Assembly: GCA_010093605.1 (NCBI GenBank)
Contig: MU004189.1
Span: forward strand, 875,834 to 939,833
Direction: 5' to 3'
Origin: Lophium mytilinum
Lineage: Eukaryota
DNA: 64,000 nucleotides
This document shows, piece after piece, positions 23,905 to 38,700 of this stretch (the stretch's first letter is position 1; every line of letters starts with the position of its first letter). The notes under the pieces are model-generated. The model saw only the letters and a program-made list of their open reading frames with translations, made no database searches and had not been told where the DNA came from. The position numbers and the translations under genes are program-made.

Positions 23905-24995
23905 AAGTCATAGCATGGTAGGTTGCGAGAGTGCTAGAGGCCAAAACGTAGGTAGGAGGGTGCGCTCTTGTCGATTACTGCCTACGAACCCCCCTCTATC
24001 TTAACGGGGCGACGGAAATTATTTTCAAAGGCTTCACTAAAATTACTCCTCACTTGGCCGAATCCCGTCCTGGTTTCGCTTCTGTTCTGCGAGTTGTGGT
24101 TGTTGAGATAGACCCAAAAGGGTGGTCATCCGCCCGAATATCCTCAAATTTAGGTTTCCGCGATTCAACACCTTTGCGCCTCCTTGGCAGCCAAGACTTG
24201 CCGGAATGAGCAGCAGAGCGCAAACGACGACGTCACAAGTGAGTCACGCTTCTTCTCTGCCTCCACGTGGCTCCTTTACCGCGTTCGTCCTCACCTCCAA
24301 AAGTGTGGAATATAGAGCCTATAAAAACATACAGATAAGGTTTCCACGCTAGAGTAGTACGCCTTGTATATATTCTCTCTATATACAAGGCGCCTAGCCA
24401 TGTAGACGGCTTATATAAGAAGCTTGGATGGCGCTAGAGTTAGGCACGTAGCGTAGTCAATTCTATGCCTTTTTGTGACCACGTCGCATACATTGCCGCT
24501 TACGGCTTCCTCTTAGCAAACGGACTCCGAAATCGCGGAACATAGTGCCTATGAGACTTTTGAAATAAGTTTTCTACACTTACCAAGTGTGTGTTATCTG
24601 TATTACTCTCTATATAGGAGCCTGCGATATATAAGGTCAGTGAAAAGCTTGGGAAGTGAGTTATTTGGGTACGATGCATGCTTGGAACAAATCACAGGAG
24701 TATGTACGCGGAGTGGTTGGGCATTCTCGTTGGCAGTGATCATCACGCTCGTGCAGTGATACCACACTTCCGGATGCCGCTCGGGCCTATTCCTATGCAA
24801 ATGAAACCACCCTTCGTAGGATCGCTAGTCACTTGTTCACCTCATTGCACCAGGTAATCCAAAGGACCGATATCTGTAGCTCAAACACGCTTTTAATCCA
24901 GGGATACACTCTCTCAAGACCACTCCCCGATCGCTATGTACCCCCAATGCATGTTCGTAACTCGTAAACCAACATCAACAAGGCAATGAAACCCC

Positions 24996-27900
24996 CTACT
25001 CCTCACCAAAGGCGCCTTCCCCAAGATCCACTTTGCCCACACTCCACACCTCACGCTCGTCTTCCTTTTCGTCGCTTGAAAGACCCAGACCTCCTTGTCC
25101 ACCCTCAGCCTCCTTCCGTTCCCTAGCTTGACTCCCCAGCCTGACTGCGACTCGCTTGAAGTAATCTTGCATTAGCCGCTTGGTTTGCGCAGGCGCGCTT
25201 GCACCGGGGCCAGCCATGTATTTCTCGAAGACTGCACCCTCCTCTTCCACCACCGAGAAGATTGCCAAGAACGCGGCTTCCGCGGACAGTTTGACAGGGA
25301 TGACAGGATCTCTGACGCTGGCAAAGATGGAAGGCGCCAGGATAGATAGATGTGGCCGGATCAGATCGTTGTTTTCTCGGCTGACTGTCCGGACGACCAC
25401 GAGGGCTAGACGTCGCGTATCCACAGGGTGGCCCGGCTGGATAACTGGAGCAAGGGCCTCGAAGATGGTCTTGGTGGCTTCGAAGCTCTTGTTCGTGGAT
25501 TCTGTTAAGAGGTATTTACCAGCTGCTAGTATGCAGTTGGTGGCGATAGTAGGTTGCTGTGAATTTATCAGCGACGTTCACACCATACAAGATTTTGAGA
25601 CCACTCACACTTTCACCGATTCCATGACTGATAGTTGCTATCGTCTCCTCAGCAAAGCTCTCGGTCAATGCGTCTGATGAGTCTAGAAGAATGGCGTTCA
25701 GAGCGAGCACTGATGATTTGCTGAAATGGCGTGTAAGGACTCGGCTCCTGTGGAATGTAAGTGGCTGTCATAAGCTGAGGGGATAGGAATTGGCCTACTT
25801 GATCAAACTAGCTGCGACGTCTGATGGCAGATTTCTGATCAAGGCTCCAAGAAGACGTGCATTTGTTATCGCGGTGGCATCTTCGCTCGGTTAGCAAATG
25901 TATGAATACTACATGGAAAATGCATACCATCGGCATCGCCAGTGTCATGATCGATGAGGCCAAGAATTGCATTCCTCGAGGCCTCATTCATATTGGCACC
26001 CGCCTTGCTAACAACCTCGAAAAGAGCCTTAAGCATGGCGTTCTTGACGCCTTGGTCGGAAGTCTTGGAGCCAGTAACCAGTTCTGCACACACAAGTTAG
26101 ACGCCATATACTCAATTTGGGGGAAAGACTCGCCTGCAATGAGAGGATCAATACGAGGCGTTAAAGTAATCAGAGTCCCTAACGCTTTTGCTGCCCGAGT
26201 ACGCAAAACCTCGCTAGAGGTATCAGCCAATGACTTTGCAAAGGTTCTCTGCAATTGCGGCAAGAAGGGCTTCAGATATGTTGGAATCTTCTCGAGAAGA
26301 TTGTTGAGGGTGAAAAGGATCGCAGCTATGTAGCAATTAGCATGAGGTGCATCTCTACGTCGTAATGAAGCCTACCTTTCACTTCCACCGAACGTTCGGA
26401 CACCACACGGATGAGAGGGCCTGTGATCTGGGTCACGAATGGCCTCAAAGAGTCTCCACTTGTGCGATCGATGATGTCTGATATGGCCAACGCAGCCTGA
26501 GTCCGCTGTTCCGCTGTGCCGTTCATGAGGCCTTGCAAGAAGATGGGCAAGATTGCATTGATGCCTTTCGGCAAAGCGAACCCAGGCAGATTGGAGCCAG
26601 CAACGCCGACTTGGCCAAGTACTTGACGAGTAGATATGACCAAGGACTCCATTTCTTCTTTTCGTAGTCTCTTTGTAAGTTCGTTAAGAGCTGTCCATGC
26701 TGCTTTGACGACTTCCAAATCCCGATCGTCGAATGCAATGAGGAGAGAGCGGACCAGATCAGGGTGGTAACGTGATATGTCTATTTCTGCACCAGCGAAG
26801 AACTTGGCCAGGTGCATGTCTGCCGAGTATCTGCGCCGATGATCGTCATGCTTCATCAAGGCAAGCATAGCGCTCATGGCCGTATTCAAGCCGTCGAATT
26901 CGTCGACAGATAGGAGAACGGTGTCGAAGGAGGTATTAAGCTCAGAGAGAAGGTCTTCGTCCTTGCAACCCACAATGTTGTCCATAATGGCATTCAGGAT
27001 ATTCGGTAACCTCCGATTCATTGACGAGCTCGCCACTTCCGCTAGCGATGCGATGGCACGAGCATTGAAGGCCGACATAGGAGAGGTTAAGAGCGTCGGC
27101 AGAAGGTTCGGCAGGATAATGTTTGACCTCGTGTTGTCAGTGAGCAGGGTCAGGAGGGCAGACAGTGCATTCTGAGCATCCTCATCTGTTCGAAGAAGAT
27201 TGAGGAGATAAGGCAGAACAGCATCCACGGCTTTCTTCCCGAGTATGCGCTGCAATGAATCGAAAGCATCTGCAGCGGCCTCCCGGACATCTGCATCGGG
27301 ATCGACCAAGGCGGTTCGAACGACGGAAACCAATGTCTTCTCGTAGTCTTCAAGGACCTCTGGAGAAGCCGAAGCAATGAGTTCGCGCAAGGCGATACAT
27401 ATGCCCTGTTTAGCGTCTGTATCTGTTGAATGCAGACCTTCTTCTAAAGTCGGCAACAAGCTTGCCAAAACACCTTCCCCGGCTTTGCGAATGAGCTCCC
27501 CAAGCGCGTTGCTGGCAATAACCTTCTGTTCCATATTTGAGCTGGCCAGACGACGAATAATAAGCTGAGTAAGAGTAGGTATGAGCTCGCGAAGGGTACG
27601 TGGTGTCGCCACCAAGGCTTTCCAGACATTGATAGCAGCGGTCCGGACCAAACCAGAGGTATCGCAACGGCAAATGTATAGTGCGGAGAGAACCTTGTTC
27701 CGTTTCTCCTCTCCGAGAACTTCAAGTAACGACTGGCCAGCTTCCTTGGCACCTTCTTCAACCTCGTCGTCGTCCTCGGCTCTTGCACTGATACCAGTAA
27801 GGTTGAAAAGGAGATCTCCAACAAGCTCAACGGAACTGAGGCGGATACGGTGACTGTCGTCGGCAAGACCACGTTCGAGCTCGGGTAGGAGCAGATCAAT

Positions 27901-30900
27901 GGCACGAGTCGCGAAGTTCTTGACGAGAAGGCGTCCTGCTCTCAATGCAGTCTCTCGAATCGATTCCACATCATCGGCCAGGCCGCCAAGAATCGGTGGA
28001 ATGATTTTGCTGAGGTAGTTGGCAAAGCTGTTGCCAAAGCATGCAGGCAAGAAAATAAACAAGGACATGAAACCCTCGCGGACAGAGGCTTTCGAGCTTG
28101 ACACGTTTTGTAGGATAGTAGGCAGCGTTTCCTCCAGACGGCTTGTACCCAGACCTGCGAGCACTTCGCTGAGTGCTTGTGCAGAGCCCAATCTGTCGCC
28201 AGCGCCGGAGTCTGACTTGAGCGTGGCCATGAGACTGGGAATGAGATCTGGCAGAGCATCCTCTCCCAGCTTCTCAACAAGGGAGCCGAGAGCTTTCGAT
28301 GCAGTAGCTCTGGTCGTAGGGACGGGATCTACAATGGCGACTCGCAAGCCAGCGACTAAGATTGGCAAATGCGAGATGAGGTCTTTCCTCTCCGTAAGAT
28401 GAGCTAGACTGCCGATGATCTGGGCTGCCTTTCTCTTGGTACCGGATCGGTCTCCAAGCCCGCGCTCTAAAATTCTTACTACTAGCGCTAATGAAGGGGC
28501 GTCCAAATAGTGAACGAACGCCAGCTTGATGAGCGCATCTAGAGCGTCATCAGTGTATTTCGTCGGGTCGCTGAGGGCTTTGAGAAGAATGCCGACAGAG
28601 CTCTTTATCTCAGGATTGCTGAGGACTTCTCCAAACCTCTGTAAGCTTCGGTTGGCTGATAACCTAACTTCTTTGTGGCTGTCGGTAAGAACATCCGTGA
28701 GGGGCGGGATTATATCCGGAAGACTGAGGGCCAATTGTTGAGGGTCCAGGTATGCCATAGCACCCAAGGAGTCGCACGCGCCCTTTTTGCTTCTCCATTG
28801 CGAATCATCAAGACCTTCAAGAAGAGTAGGAAGAATATTCTTGACACCGTAGGAGCTCAAGTTCGCAAAGCAGACTTTAGACGCGTCTAGACAAGCTTCC
28901 CGCACATCGGCGCTTGAATCGCCAAACCCTGCCAGCAGCTGAGGGACTAGCTGAATGACATATGGCTCGAAGATGCGGCCTAAGACGAGGGAGAGTAACT
29001 CGAATGCAAGATATGCTCCCTGACGTTGATTCGTATCTTTCTTGTGCTCGGTTGCTCCCTTGAGGCTGGATATGATGCGGTACTCTCTCAAGGCGGAAAT
29101 ACCAGTGCCATGAACAATACCAGCCAGGCCATATGCAGCTCCTCGCCTAGCGGCATACTTTTTAGATTGCAACAGCTGCTCCATCATCTGCTGGATGTAG
29201 TTCGATGTTTCTTGGGGAGACGCTTGAACTAGAGGAGGTAGACACTCAGCTACGGCATATTGAACCGTTTCAGATGGCGTGCTTAAAGTGACAAGAAGCT
29301 TTTGAACAACTTTTGGCACCCGCTCGTCTCCCGGAGATAGATGTCTGCCCAATGCACCGTACAAGATGATGACGGCCTCGTTGACCTGGTCATATTTAGC
29401 CGATCCTCGGTCGGGTCCTTCTAGAGCCTCTTCAAAGAGTTGCATGAGCGGCTCCACTTGCGACTGAGCTCTAGTAGCGATGACGGTAGTAGCCGCGTCA
29501 ATCATTTCGTCTCGTACAACCGCGTTTTGGTCTCCTAGTGGCCCATCATGAACCATAAATTGCAAGAAGGCCACGAGATGTTCCGGTTTGAACCCATGAG
29601 AAACATATTTGAATGTCAAGGCAATACCATCTCGTGACTCCCATGGGTCCTTCAAGTCAACCTTACGTGGCATTCCGTACTCGTCTCGCTCAGGGACCCG
29701 GGGTTTAGCTCTGTCCTTGTACATTTCCTCGAGACGTTTCATGAGATCATCGAAGACATTTGGGAAGTCTGTGACTAGTTCTCCCAGAGAGCGCGCTGCT
29801 GCTCGTCTTAACTGCTTGTCTTTTGCCTCGAGGTATGGTAAGACTTGGTACGCTGAACTTTCCTCGGCCTCGAGCGCATTGTCCTCCCATATCGTTCTCG
29901 CTAGGTCTGAGTTTTCCTGGACGTCGTCATGACAAGCGAGCCAGACCTCCTCGCAGAAGTCAAGGTTTGTCAAATCAATCTCGGCATCGATTGCCTGCAG
30001 TACGGAGGTCCGCACGGATATCTCTGGCACAATGATACCCCGTACGAGTGCTGAGATCTCGTCATCAGATGCATTAGCGGCAATGCCTCTGCAAAGATCC
30101 ATTAGACAGTCTTTAATCGGCTTGTAGTGTTGGGTAAACCGTTGCATGGATGCGATCAAGCTCTCGATAAGTTCTCGTCGTGGCAAACGCTCGTCAGAGC
30201 CTATGCCTGATTAGCGATCATTCTGGTAATAGGTTTCCAAGACTTACAACCCGTCGTGTGGAAAGAGAGAAATTCAAGGGCCAAGAGAATCTGTTCATCG
30301 GCCTCCTCGGGCTCCGTGCGCCCAATGCCGCCCTTCTCGAGTGTGAGGAAGATGAGCGGGAAACAATACATGAGGGTAACGGTATCTAGAGGCCTCTGCT
30401 CGCTCATAAACCTCAGCCGGTATAGCACTCTTGTAACCAAATCTGCTTACGTCAGTGAGTGCTTGGGGTCTTCAGGCATTTTACTAACCTCCGAGGGGTT
30501 CATCTTGGTACTCAGGTGCTAGCTGCGAAGTCCCGATAGTCCTGAGAGTGGCGACGCCGACAAAGTCCCTAACAGGGCCTAGCCTACTGGAGATGCGTTC
30601 AGCGCATTTGATATATGCAACAGCCGGGCTTTCCCCTAAGATCAGGCCGGCGCCAGCACGAATGGCTTTGATGAGTAAATTGACAGCGGGAGCCATCCAC
30701 TGTTCGGCCTCCGTTGGCGGACCCGTGGCAAGACTTTGGATGATACCAACGCCGCGCTTCATCTTGACCTCGATGGCCGCGACGTCCTTGCGTATGACTG
30801 CTTCCTTGGCTAATTGAGCGTTGACTTTTGCTAGCTCATCAGCAGTGAGTTTCTTCGATTGGCCTTTCTTTGCCGCAAGCTGTGCCCGCAACTCTTCTTC

Positions 30901-33512
30901 CCACTTCAAAGTATCGTAGTCTTTTGCATTCCGTCCGATGCTTTGCTCTGGCCCCCTTTTCGAAAGCACGTCGACATAGGCGGTTCCCTCAGGTGTCCGG
31001 AAGATAGCTGCTTCGGTTGGTCCAACAAAATCGAAAAGCTTCGGGTCTAAGTCCTGACTAAATTGTTGAACAAGAAGCGGTAGAGCTGTGTCTGGCGCAA
31101 CAAAGGCCAAATCAGCCGAAGCGTTATACGCTGCCTGGTTGATCATAGGTAACGTCGCATTTGACTGATCCTGAGTAGAGATTAGTGTACGTTCGCAGGA
31201 TTGGATTTCAAAACATACCGTAGTTGCGTGAATGATTTGATCTAGACATTGGCTGAAGTTGGCCCGGGCAAGCTCGCCCGGATCTATTCCGCTTCTCAAG
31301 CAGAGATCGATCCAGCTTACTCTCGGGACAAGCTCCGGGCGTGCCAAGATGAGAAGGTTCACGAATTGATTTTGCAGTAAGTCCTGCGAAATGCTACCAT
31401 TCTTGCTGTTTTTCGCACTCTCTGCGCGGGGGCAAATGCTTTTCAAGACAACGTGGAGTTCGCTCGTTCCTGTCTTAGATGCCATAGCGGCAGTATCTTT
31501 GTCATTGAGTTCGACCCTCTTGTACCAGAGCCATAGTCCATCCACAATGATCTTTCCAATAGATGCTGGCTGCTGCATGTAAGCTTCTGATAGATGTTCC
31601 ACGGCCAATTTCCGCGATCGTGGTGGGAGATTATGTGCTGAAATCATATATATATATGCCTGCGACCAGGCGTCGCCAACACCCCCCTGATCATTTACAG
31701 GCACATGACCAGCCACTGCAGTCAGTGCTCGAATCATCCATTCCAGGTCGTCTTCGCCATTAATTTTGGAATATATTCGATGGTTCAGCAAAAAGGAGGG
31801 TTTTGGTTGAGCAATGAGAGTCTGCTTCAGAACTGAGGCCTTTTTACAGACAGAAGAGAGCTTTGCGTCTTCAAGATGCTGAATTCTGGAGAGAATGAGA
31901 GCCGTAAACACGTAGGCAGCTGTCACCAGTCCGCTCTGGGCAGCTGGTTGAGGATTATCTACGGCGTCCTGCCATATTTCCACCATCTTACCCAAGGTTG
32001 CTTGTGCAAAAGACAAGACGTCCGGCTCAGTGTACCGCGATTTAGGGATCTCCCAAAGCGCATCACCTGTACGAAGCGCCCATAGTCTGCGGACCGGCAA
32101 CCTTTTGTCTCCCATGCCTTTGACAAACGCATCCGAGACAGACGAATCCAGTTTGGCGTCATGCGTTAGGCCAAAGGTAAGGTGTTTAGATAGTGTAAGA
32201 ATTTCTGCTGCCGCTGCCACTTCATTTGGTTCTTTAAGCGCGACTGCTGCCATGCCGCCAGGGATCTTCTGAGATAGCGAAACTGATTGTGGCAGGGCGT
32301 CGAGCATCTGAGCATGCAATACCTTCTGCTCGGTGGTAGTGACCTTCGACTGTTTGAGAGGGTTCAGAATCTCCTCCGCAACCTTCCCTGTGGCATCTTC
32401 GTTTTTGGAACGAGACGCAAGCGACTCAAATGTCGATAAAGTGCCTCCTCGGATCACTGGGTTGGTTGATTTGACGTTAGTCAGCAGTGGTTTCAGAAGA
32501 TGTTTGAGGAGTATGTCGGAGAGATCCATGGTATCAGGTAGAGATTGAATTATGGGTGCTACGACACCGTTGAGCACAATTTCGGGAGATCTAAGCAGCG
32601 CCTTCTCCAACGGAGGTATGACCGTCTTCTGTATTTCATCCAACGTGGCAAAAGAGGCGAAGAAATCATGTAGTCCATTCGCAATATGTCCAGGCACGAC
32701 GGTCCGGGAACCAAGGATCTCCCTGATGTAGAAATCATAGTAATGGCCCTTTTGTTGCTCCAAGATTGGAGTGGAGAGTGGAAGACGTGCCGAGACACCC
32801 GCGACTACTCCCAGAAAAACAGCATTCCGCGCTGAAGACGAGGTTCCCTTTGTGGTGAGAGACTCAACGATCTTGGTAATAGCATCTTTCCTAACACTCT
32901 CGATCTTGAAGAGGCTTCGCAATGCCCTGCGTGTAGCTACTATGGCCGATCCTTGGACTCGAACATCACGGCGCGTATCCCCCGAACTCATGCAGGTCTC
33001 CAGAGCCCTGGCGTCTGCGTTCACGATATCGAGCCCCCATTTTGACCATCTTTCGGGTTGCGCAGCGCATTCTTGAAGGAGAACCGAGCACCAATCCGTA
33101 AGGACAAAAGCGTTGACGTGGGCAATGCTGGCCTTGGAGCATTCAGTTTTCAGGAACTTTACGATTAGGGAAATAACGTTGTCCGACTGGGGGGTATTTA
33201 TTATCGCTTTTAGACATTGCTCCACTGCGTGTCTTGAGGGTCGATCGTCGTAAAGTGGGTATGTGTCGAATAAAAGCTCGAGAAGGAAACGAAGATCAGA
33301 GGAGGAGATAGCTAGGCACAGACATCAAGCATTAGCAATCAACGCAGTCGCGAAAGGCAGAGACGTAGTTTCTAGGGCTTACACTCATCTTGAGCCTGTT
33401 GTTGAAGACTCAAAAGCTCCGAGGCTCTCCGCTTTGTCGAACTTGTGAAAAGCCCTTGCCGCAACTCCTCACGGTCAAAAGCGTGATCGCCATTCGTTCC
33501 AGCCCCTGCCAT
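24996..33512 (-). CDS. GCN1: eIF2-alpha kinase activator Gcn1 (HEAT-repeat protein), about 10 exons
   Basis: Very long HEAT-repeat frames ([65 protein letters not shown]) linked by short introns, C-terminus EREVWSVG. The start ATG could be 33512 or 33515. Confidence 0.95.
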
Positions 33513-33921
33513 CATCAGAGCCCATTGAAAGAGTGTAGAAAGTGTGGTGTTGACTTCTACAGCTGCCTGTGCTGCCACGAAATAACGGCAGGGGTCTTTT
33601 CGCGAGAGCCAAGACTTCCCCGGCGTGACTCCCGTGAGGTCATAGTAGGCTCGAGTCCTACTTCAAATCCTTTCACCAACAACACACGAGCAATCGAACA
33701 CCAAGCAAACCGAGTCAAATCAAAAGCTGCTCTCCAAATACACAGTGTAGGCTCGTTCTTCCACTCAGATTTGGCTCCAAGCCGACACCAAGGCTCGCAT
33801 CTGCTGGACTACTGTGTTGGCCGTAACACAATTTCATCCAAAAAATTGTTTTGACAGATTCAGATTGACTGTGAGGAAGTTTGCGAGCACCGTTTCCTTA
33901 CTCAGGGGATAGGGCGGCGAG

Positions 33922-36900
33922 ATGGCCCCTAAAAAGAAAAAAAAGCCCGCAGCCAATCCTGCCCGAGGATTTGCTACCACTTCGGTCGCGAGCAAGCCTA
34001 AACCGGACAAAAAGGCAGACGGCTCTACCGAATCACCAGAAAATGGGGCCGTCATTGCTCCTGCTGTCTCAGAGCTCTCTGAGCAGCAAAACGAAAGCCC
34101 CAAGGCCTCCAAACCAACCCAAGGTGATCATCTTGTCACCCCGGAAGAGCTGGAGGCGCAGCTCGAGCTCGATGAACTTCAGCTACTAGTTGAAAAGCAT
34201 GCGCCAAAGGTCCGCCGCGATTCAGCCCGGCAAATGAACAGAATCCAAACAGACCGGAGAATACTTCGAGCCCAGGCACAGCCTTTAGCAACTCGAGATT
34301 GGCTTTCCGCAGATCTGATACATACGATGATCGATCTAGCTAAGTCGGAAGCGGAAGATCCCAACCAGGTGAATGGACAGCAATCATTCTTGAAGTCAAT
34401 GCCAGAAGAAGAGGGAACTGTGCGGCTCTGGACGCTGCGTCAAGCACTCATGGATCTTGCCTTCTCCCATGACCGTGTTGAGCAGGCTCTGAAATGGCTC
34501 TGCGCTCATCCGGTCAACATGGACTCCGCACCATATATTTGGGGCCTCCAAGAATGTCTCGAATTCCTTGCTCTCGAGTGCGAGCAAGACCATTTGCCCC
34601 CATATGACAGTGTCTTACTATCAAAACCAGCGCTCGCCTCTTCTACGGAAACTTCTAGACCAGGTATGCATTTATTCTCCTACTACTTCAAGATCAGCAC
34701 TGCATTTTCCTTAATATATATGGCCAAGCGTGGAAAGATACTCTTTCACTTTCCCGTTTTCATTTCATCCCGCTCCAACACTTCTTCTCTGTTACCCACA
34801 CCTATCTTCGTCTATGGGAAGCTGCTCTCGTGTACGTCATTGGGTTATTAAGATATCTAGAGATCTTCATCTCGAAACCTTCTTGCAATTTTCGAACTTT
34901 TCAAGTTGATCTGAATACTGACGTTTCTAGGGACACCGCCAAATGCCCCTCACAACTCAGAGAACACACCGCCGAATCAAGTTGGTAACTCTATATTGCC
35001 TGTCAGCCGTTTAATACCCATTGAGAAAGACGTTCCATATACAGAGCAGACCATTGAGGTTGACGTCAGTGATCTTGACAGCGATATGGAGCCGGACCAG
35101 CTGGTGCCAAAATACCTTTCACTTAAATCCAGGTTGTTCGAAATCAGCCCCGAAGCTGTCGAACCGAAACATCGTCGCAACAAATCAAAGTCTCATGGAG
35201 CATCAACGCAACCGGAATCATCCTCGTCGATTCGCAAAATACAATCTCATCTTCGACATATCGAGGCAGACGCGTTATTCGACCAATATGACGCGGATAC
35301 AAGATGGGTAGCAAAACGTAACCAACTCGCCCAAGACATTATTGCTTCAAAGAGATTAGGGCTACAAGATATCGCGAATCCTGCGAAAGGTACTTTATCG
35401 GAACCTCGCCAATCTAATTCCACTGCGACTACATCTGCAGACTCTTTGGGTCTCGTGGCCAAGGACGAGGGAGACGATCCTTCCGAATTAGGAATGTTTT
35501 CGGAAATGTTTTCTGCTGTACCCGAGGATGGCCCTGCTAATTCGGCACAAGACGGGGACTTAGAACCTAATTCGCAAACAATCAGGGTCCGCGACTTCGG
35601 GAAGCAGAGTGGATTGAACCCCCGAAGAGTCCTTGAAGAGTCGGTCCGCGCTCGGGATCCAGATGCTAAATTAGTCTTCAAGCTTGCATCTCCGACGACA
35701 TATTCTTGCCGGCATTCTCTTGCTGTTTCGTGGTCTAAGGATCAAGATCTAGAGTTTGAGGAGGATATTCCCGGTGTAAAGTGTGATTCTCGTTATCGGT
35801 CGATTACGTTCACCGCAACTACAACGGCAACACCTTCCACTCAGCAAAGCGAGGGCTACATATCAACAGCAGCTCTGTATTCAATGTTTTCCAATTCTAC
35901 GAGAGAAGAGAAGGCATACATTAGGCTTCCTTCGGTCTGGCGAGACCTCTACAAAGAGTTCCTGGAGATCAAGAAGGATCGCAACGACGCTCAAGATCGC
36001 GCAACAATTAAGGAGCTCCGGGCCATCGTACAAGAACAAGTTGATCGTGAAGAAGACGAAGGAGTTGTGCTGACGAATAGGTTCCGAAAGCGGAATCAGG
36101 CCAGTGGAGCAGTGTCTGAGGCCGAAGATTCTGGCCGAGATGAAGCTCGCTATGCCGCCAACGCAGAGAGGCTCAGAGACATATGGGCTCGGAAGTCAGG
36201 GACACCTGCATACCAACGAATGCTTTTATCGCGCATGAATCTGCCAATATTTGCGTTTCGCGCCGCAGCTCTCGCTACGATCGATCATCACCAAGTCACC
36301 ATCGTATGTGGCGAGACTGGTTGTGGGAAGAGCACCCAGCTTCCGGCTTTCATTCTCGAGAACGAACTTTCGAAAGGCAATGCTTGTAAGATATATTGCA
36401 CGGAGCCGAGGCGAATCTCTGCCATATCGCTCGCGCAACGTGTCAGCGAGGAGTTGGGAGAGTTCAAGAACGAGCTTGGGACATCAAGGTCTCTTGTCGG
36501 TTATGCTATTCGCCTAGAGTCGAATACTTCTGCGCAGACGAGGCTTGTGTACGCTACGGTGGGTATTGTGTTACGAATGTTAGAATCTTCACGAGGGATA
36601 GATGACATTACGCATCTGATCATTGATGAAGTTCACGAACGAAGGTACGTCTTCCGATGATCCCGTTCAATTTGTTATTAACCTTGGTACAGTATTGATA
36701 CCGATTTCTTATTGATTATTCTTCGATCTCTTATGGACCGCCGACCAGAACTGAAAGTCGTCCTTATGAGTGCTACCGTGGATGCACAGCGCTTCTCAAA
36801 GTATCTCAATGATGCACCCATTCTCAACGTTCCAGGCCGCACGTTCCCGGTCCAGACCAAGTTCCTTGAGGACGCAGTGGAATTGACTCATTACTCATCG

Positions 36901-38700
36901 TCTACGAATGACACTTTCAACGATTCCGATACAAGCGAGAACGAAGATGCTGGATCTGAGAAAACTAGATCTGGAATTCCCAAGTCTCTCCCTGGATATA
37001 GCAATACGACACGCAGCACTCTAGCAAATTACGACGAATACCGGATTGATTACAGCATTATTGTCCGATTGATTGAGCAAGTATCGACAGATCCAAACTA
37101 CTACATGTATAGCAAGGCGTTTCTGGTGTTTCTTCCTGGTATTGCCGAAATACGGCAGCTGAACAACATCCTTCTCGGACATCCCCCCTTCAGGGACGGC
37201 TGGCTCATCCACCCTCTTCATTCAACCATTTCAAGCGAAGATCAACAGCAGGCATTCCTTTTGCCTCCCCACGGCATGAGAAAGATCGTTCTCGCGACAA
37301 ATATTGCAGAGACAGGTGTTACCATTCCGGACATCACCTGCGTGATAGACACAGGCAAACATAAAGAGATGCGGTTTGATGAGCGCAGACAACTCTCTCG
37401 TCTGACACAGTCCTTCATATCCCGCGCGAACGCCAAACAACGTCGAGGAAGAGCTGGGAGAGTCCAAGAGGGTCTTTGTTTTCATTTGTTCACCAAGCTC
37501 AGGCATGATGAACTTATGGCCGACCAGCAAACGCCTGAGATGCTTCGACTATCTCTCCAAGACTTAGTAATGCGAACAAAGATATGCAAGCTTGGTGATA
37601 TTGAGCAAACACTCTCATCGGCTCTAGATCCCCCATCGTCAAAAAACATTCGAAGGGCAATCGATGCTCTCATCGAAGTTGATGCGCTGACATCTGCCGA
37701 AGAGTTGACGCCGCTCGGACGACAGCTCGCAAAATTGCCATTGGACGCCCATCTTGGCAAACTCGTCTTGCTAGCTGGAATCTTCAATTGCGTCGACGTT
37801 GCCATCACGATCGCCGCGATTCTCTCCTCCAAATCGCCTTTCTTAACGCCAATGGGTGCTCGCCAACGAGCAGACCTCGCCAGACTCACCTTCAAGCGAG
37901 GCGATTCCGACTTACTTACCGCCTATAATGCCTACGCAACCTGGAAAAATGTCTGCATGACTCCCGGCTCCTCCGAAATGTCCTTCTGTCATAAGAATTT
38001 CCTGAGCTCGCAAAACCTCGGGAACATCGAAGACCTCAAGGGACAACTCCTGACATCCCTCATTGATGCCGGCTTCGTCCAGTTACCACCAGACGAGCGC
38101 CGAGCACTAAACCGCTACCGCAATACCCGCTTCCGAAGTTTCGTATCTTTCCCCGCGCAGTACGATGCCAATTCTTCCAATGATGCTCTCATCAACTCTG
38201 TCATCGCGGCCGCATTTTACCCGAAGATCCTAACCCGCGACGGTAAAGGGTGGCGCAACATCGCAAACAATCAATCCGTCAGCCTCGCTCCGACCTCCGT
38301 TAACAAAGGCACGGGGACGGCGAAGTTTCTGAGCTACTACCACATCATGCAGGCGAGCAGCAAGTACTACAACGCGCACTCGACGTCGATCGCGCACGCT
38401 TTGCCAATGGTGTTGCTCGCCGGTAGCGAGGTGGATTTCCGGCTTCACGCTGGCGTTGCGTCCTTGAATAGCAATACGATGCGTTTTGCGGTCAGCGACT
38501 GGAAAACGATGGTTGCGCTCAAGGTCCTCAGAACGCGGATCAGGGATATCGTTAATGGGGCGTGGAAGACCCCCGGAAAGCCGCTGTCGAGTAGGGAGCA
38601 GAAGTGGATGGGGCTTTTCGTAAAGGTGTTTGAGTTGGAGATGGAGAAGAGCGAGCGGATCGAGAAGACGAAGGTGAGGAGTGGGGGTGGGCTGAAATAG
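33922..38700 (+). CDS. DEAH/RHA RNA helicase, DHX29/DHX57-like; introns 34664-34930 and 36645-36692
   Basis: GETGCGKSTQ, DEVH, MSAT, ATNIAETGVTI and QRRGRAGR motifs, HA2 region (LTPLGRQLAKLPLD) and an N-terminal UBA-like segment. Confidence 0.92.

Noticed and set aside
24583..24610. CAAGTGTGTGTTATCTGT (and TGTAGTATCT at 42721) resembling the U2 snRNA branch-pairing region
   Set aside because: The matches are short and imperfect, with no U2 5' stem-loop or Sm site in the right position.
31170..31217. Apparent peptide insertions in the ORF track (GCN1 31170-31217, F-box 12314-12424, TF 53586-53636)
   Set aside because: They are ordinary stop-free introns with lengths divisible by three and canonical splice signals.
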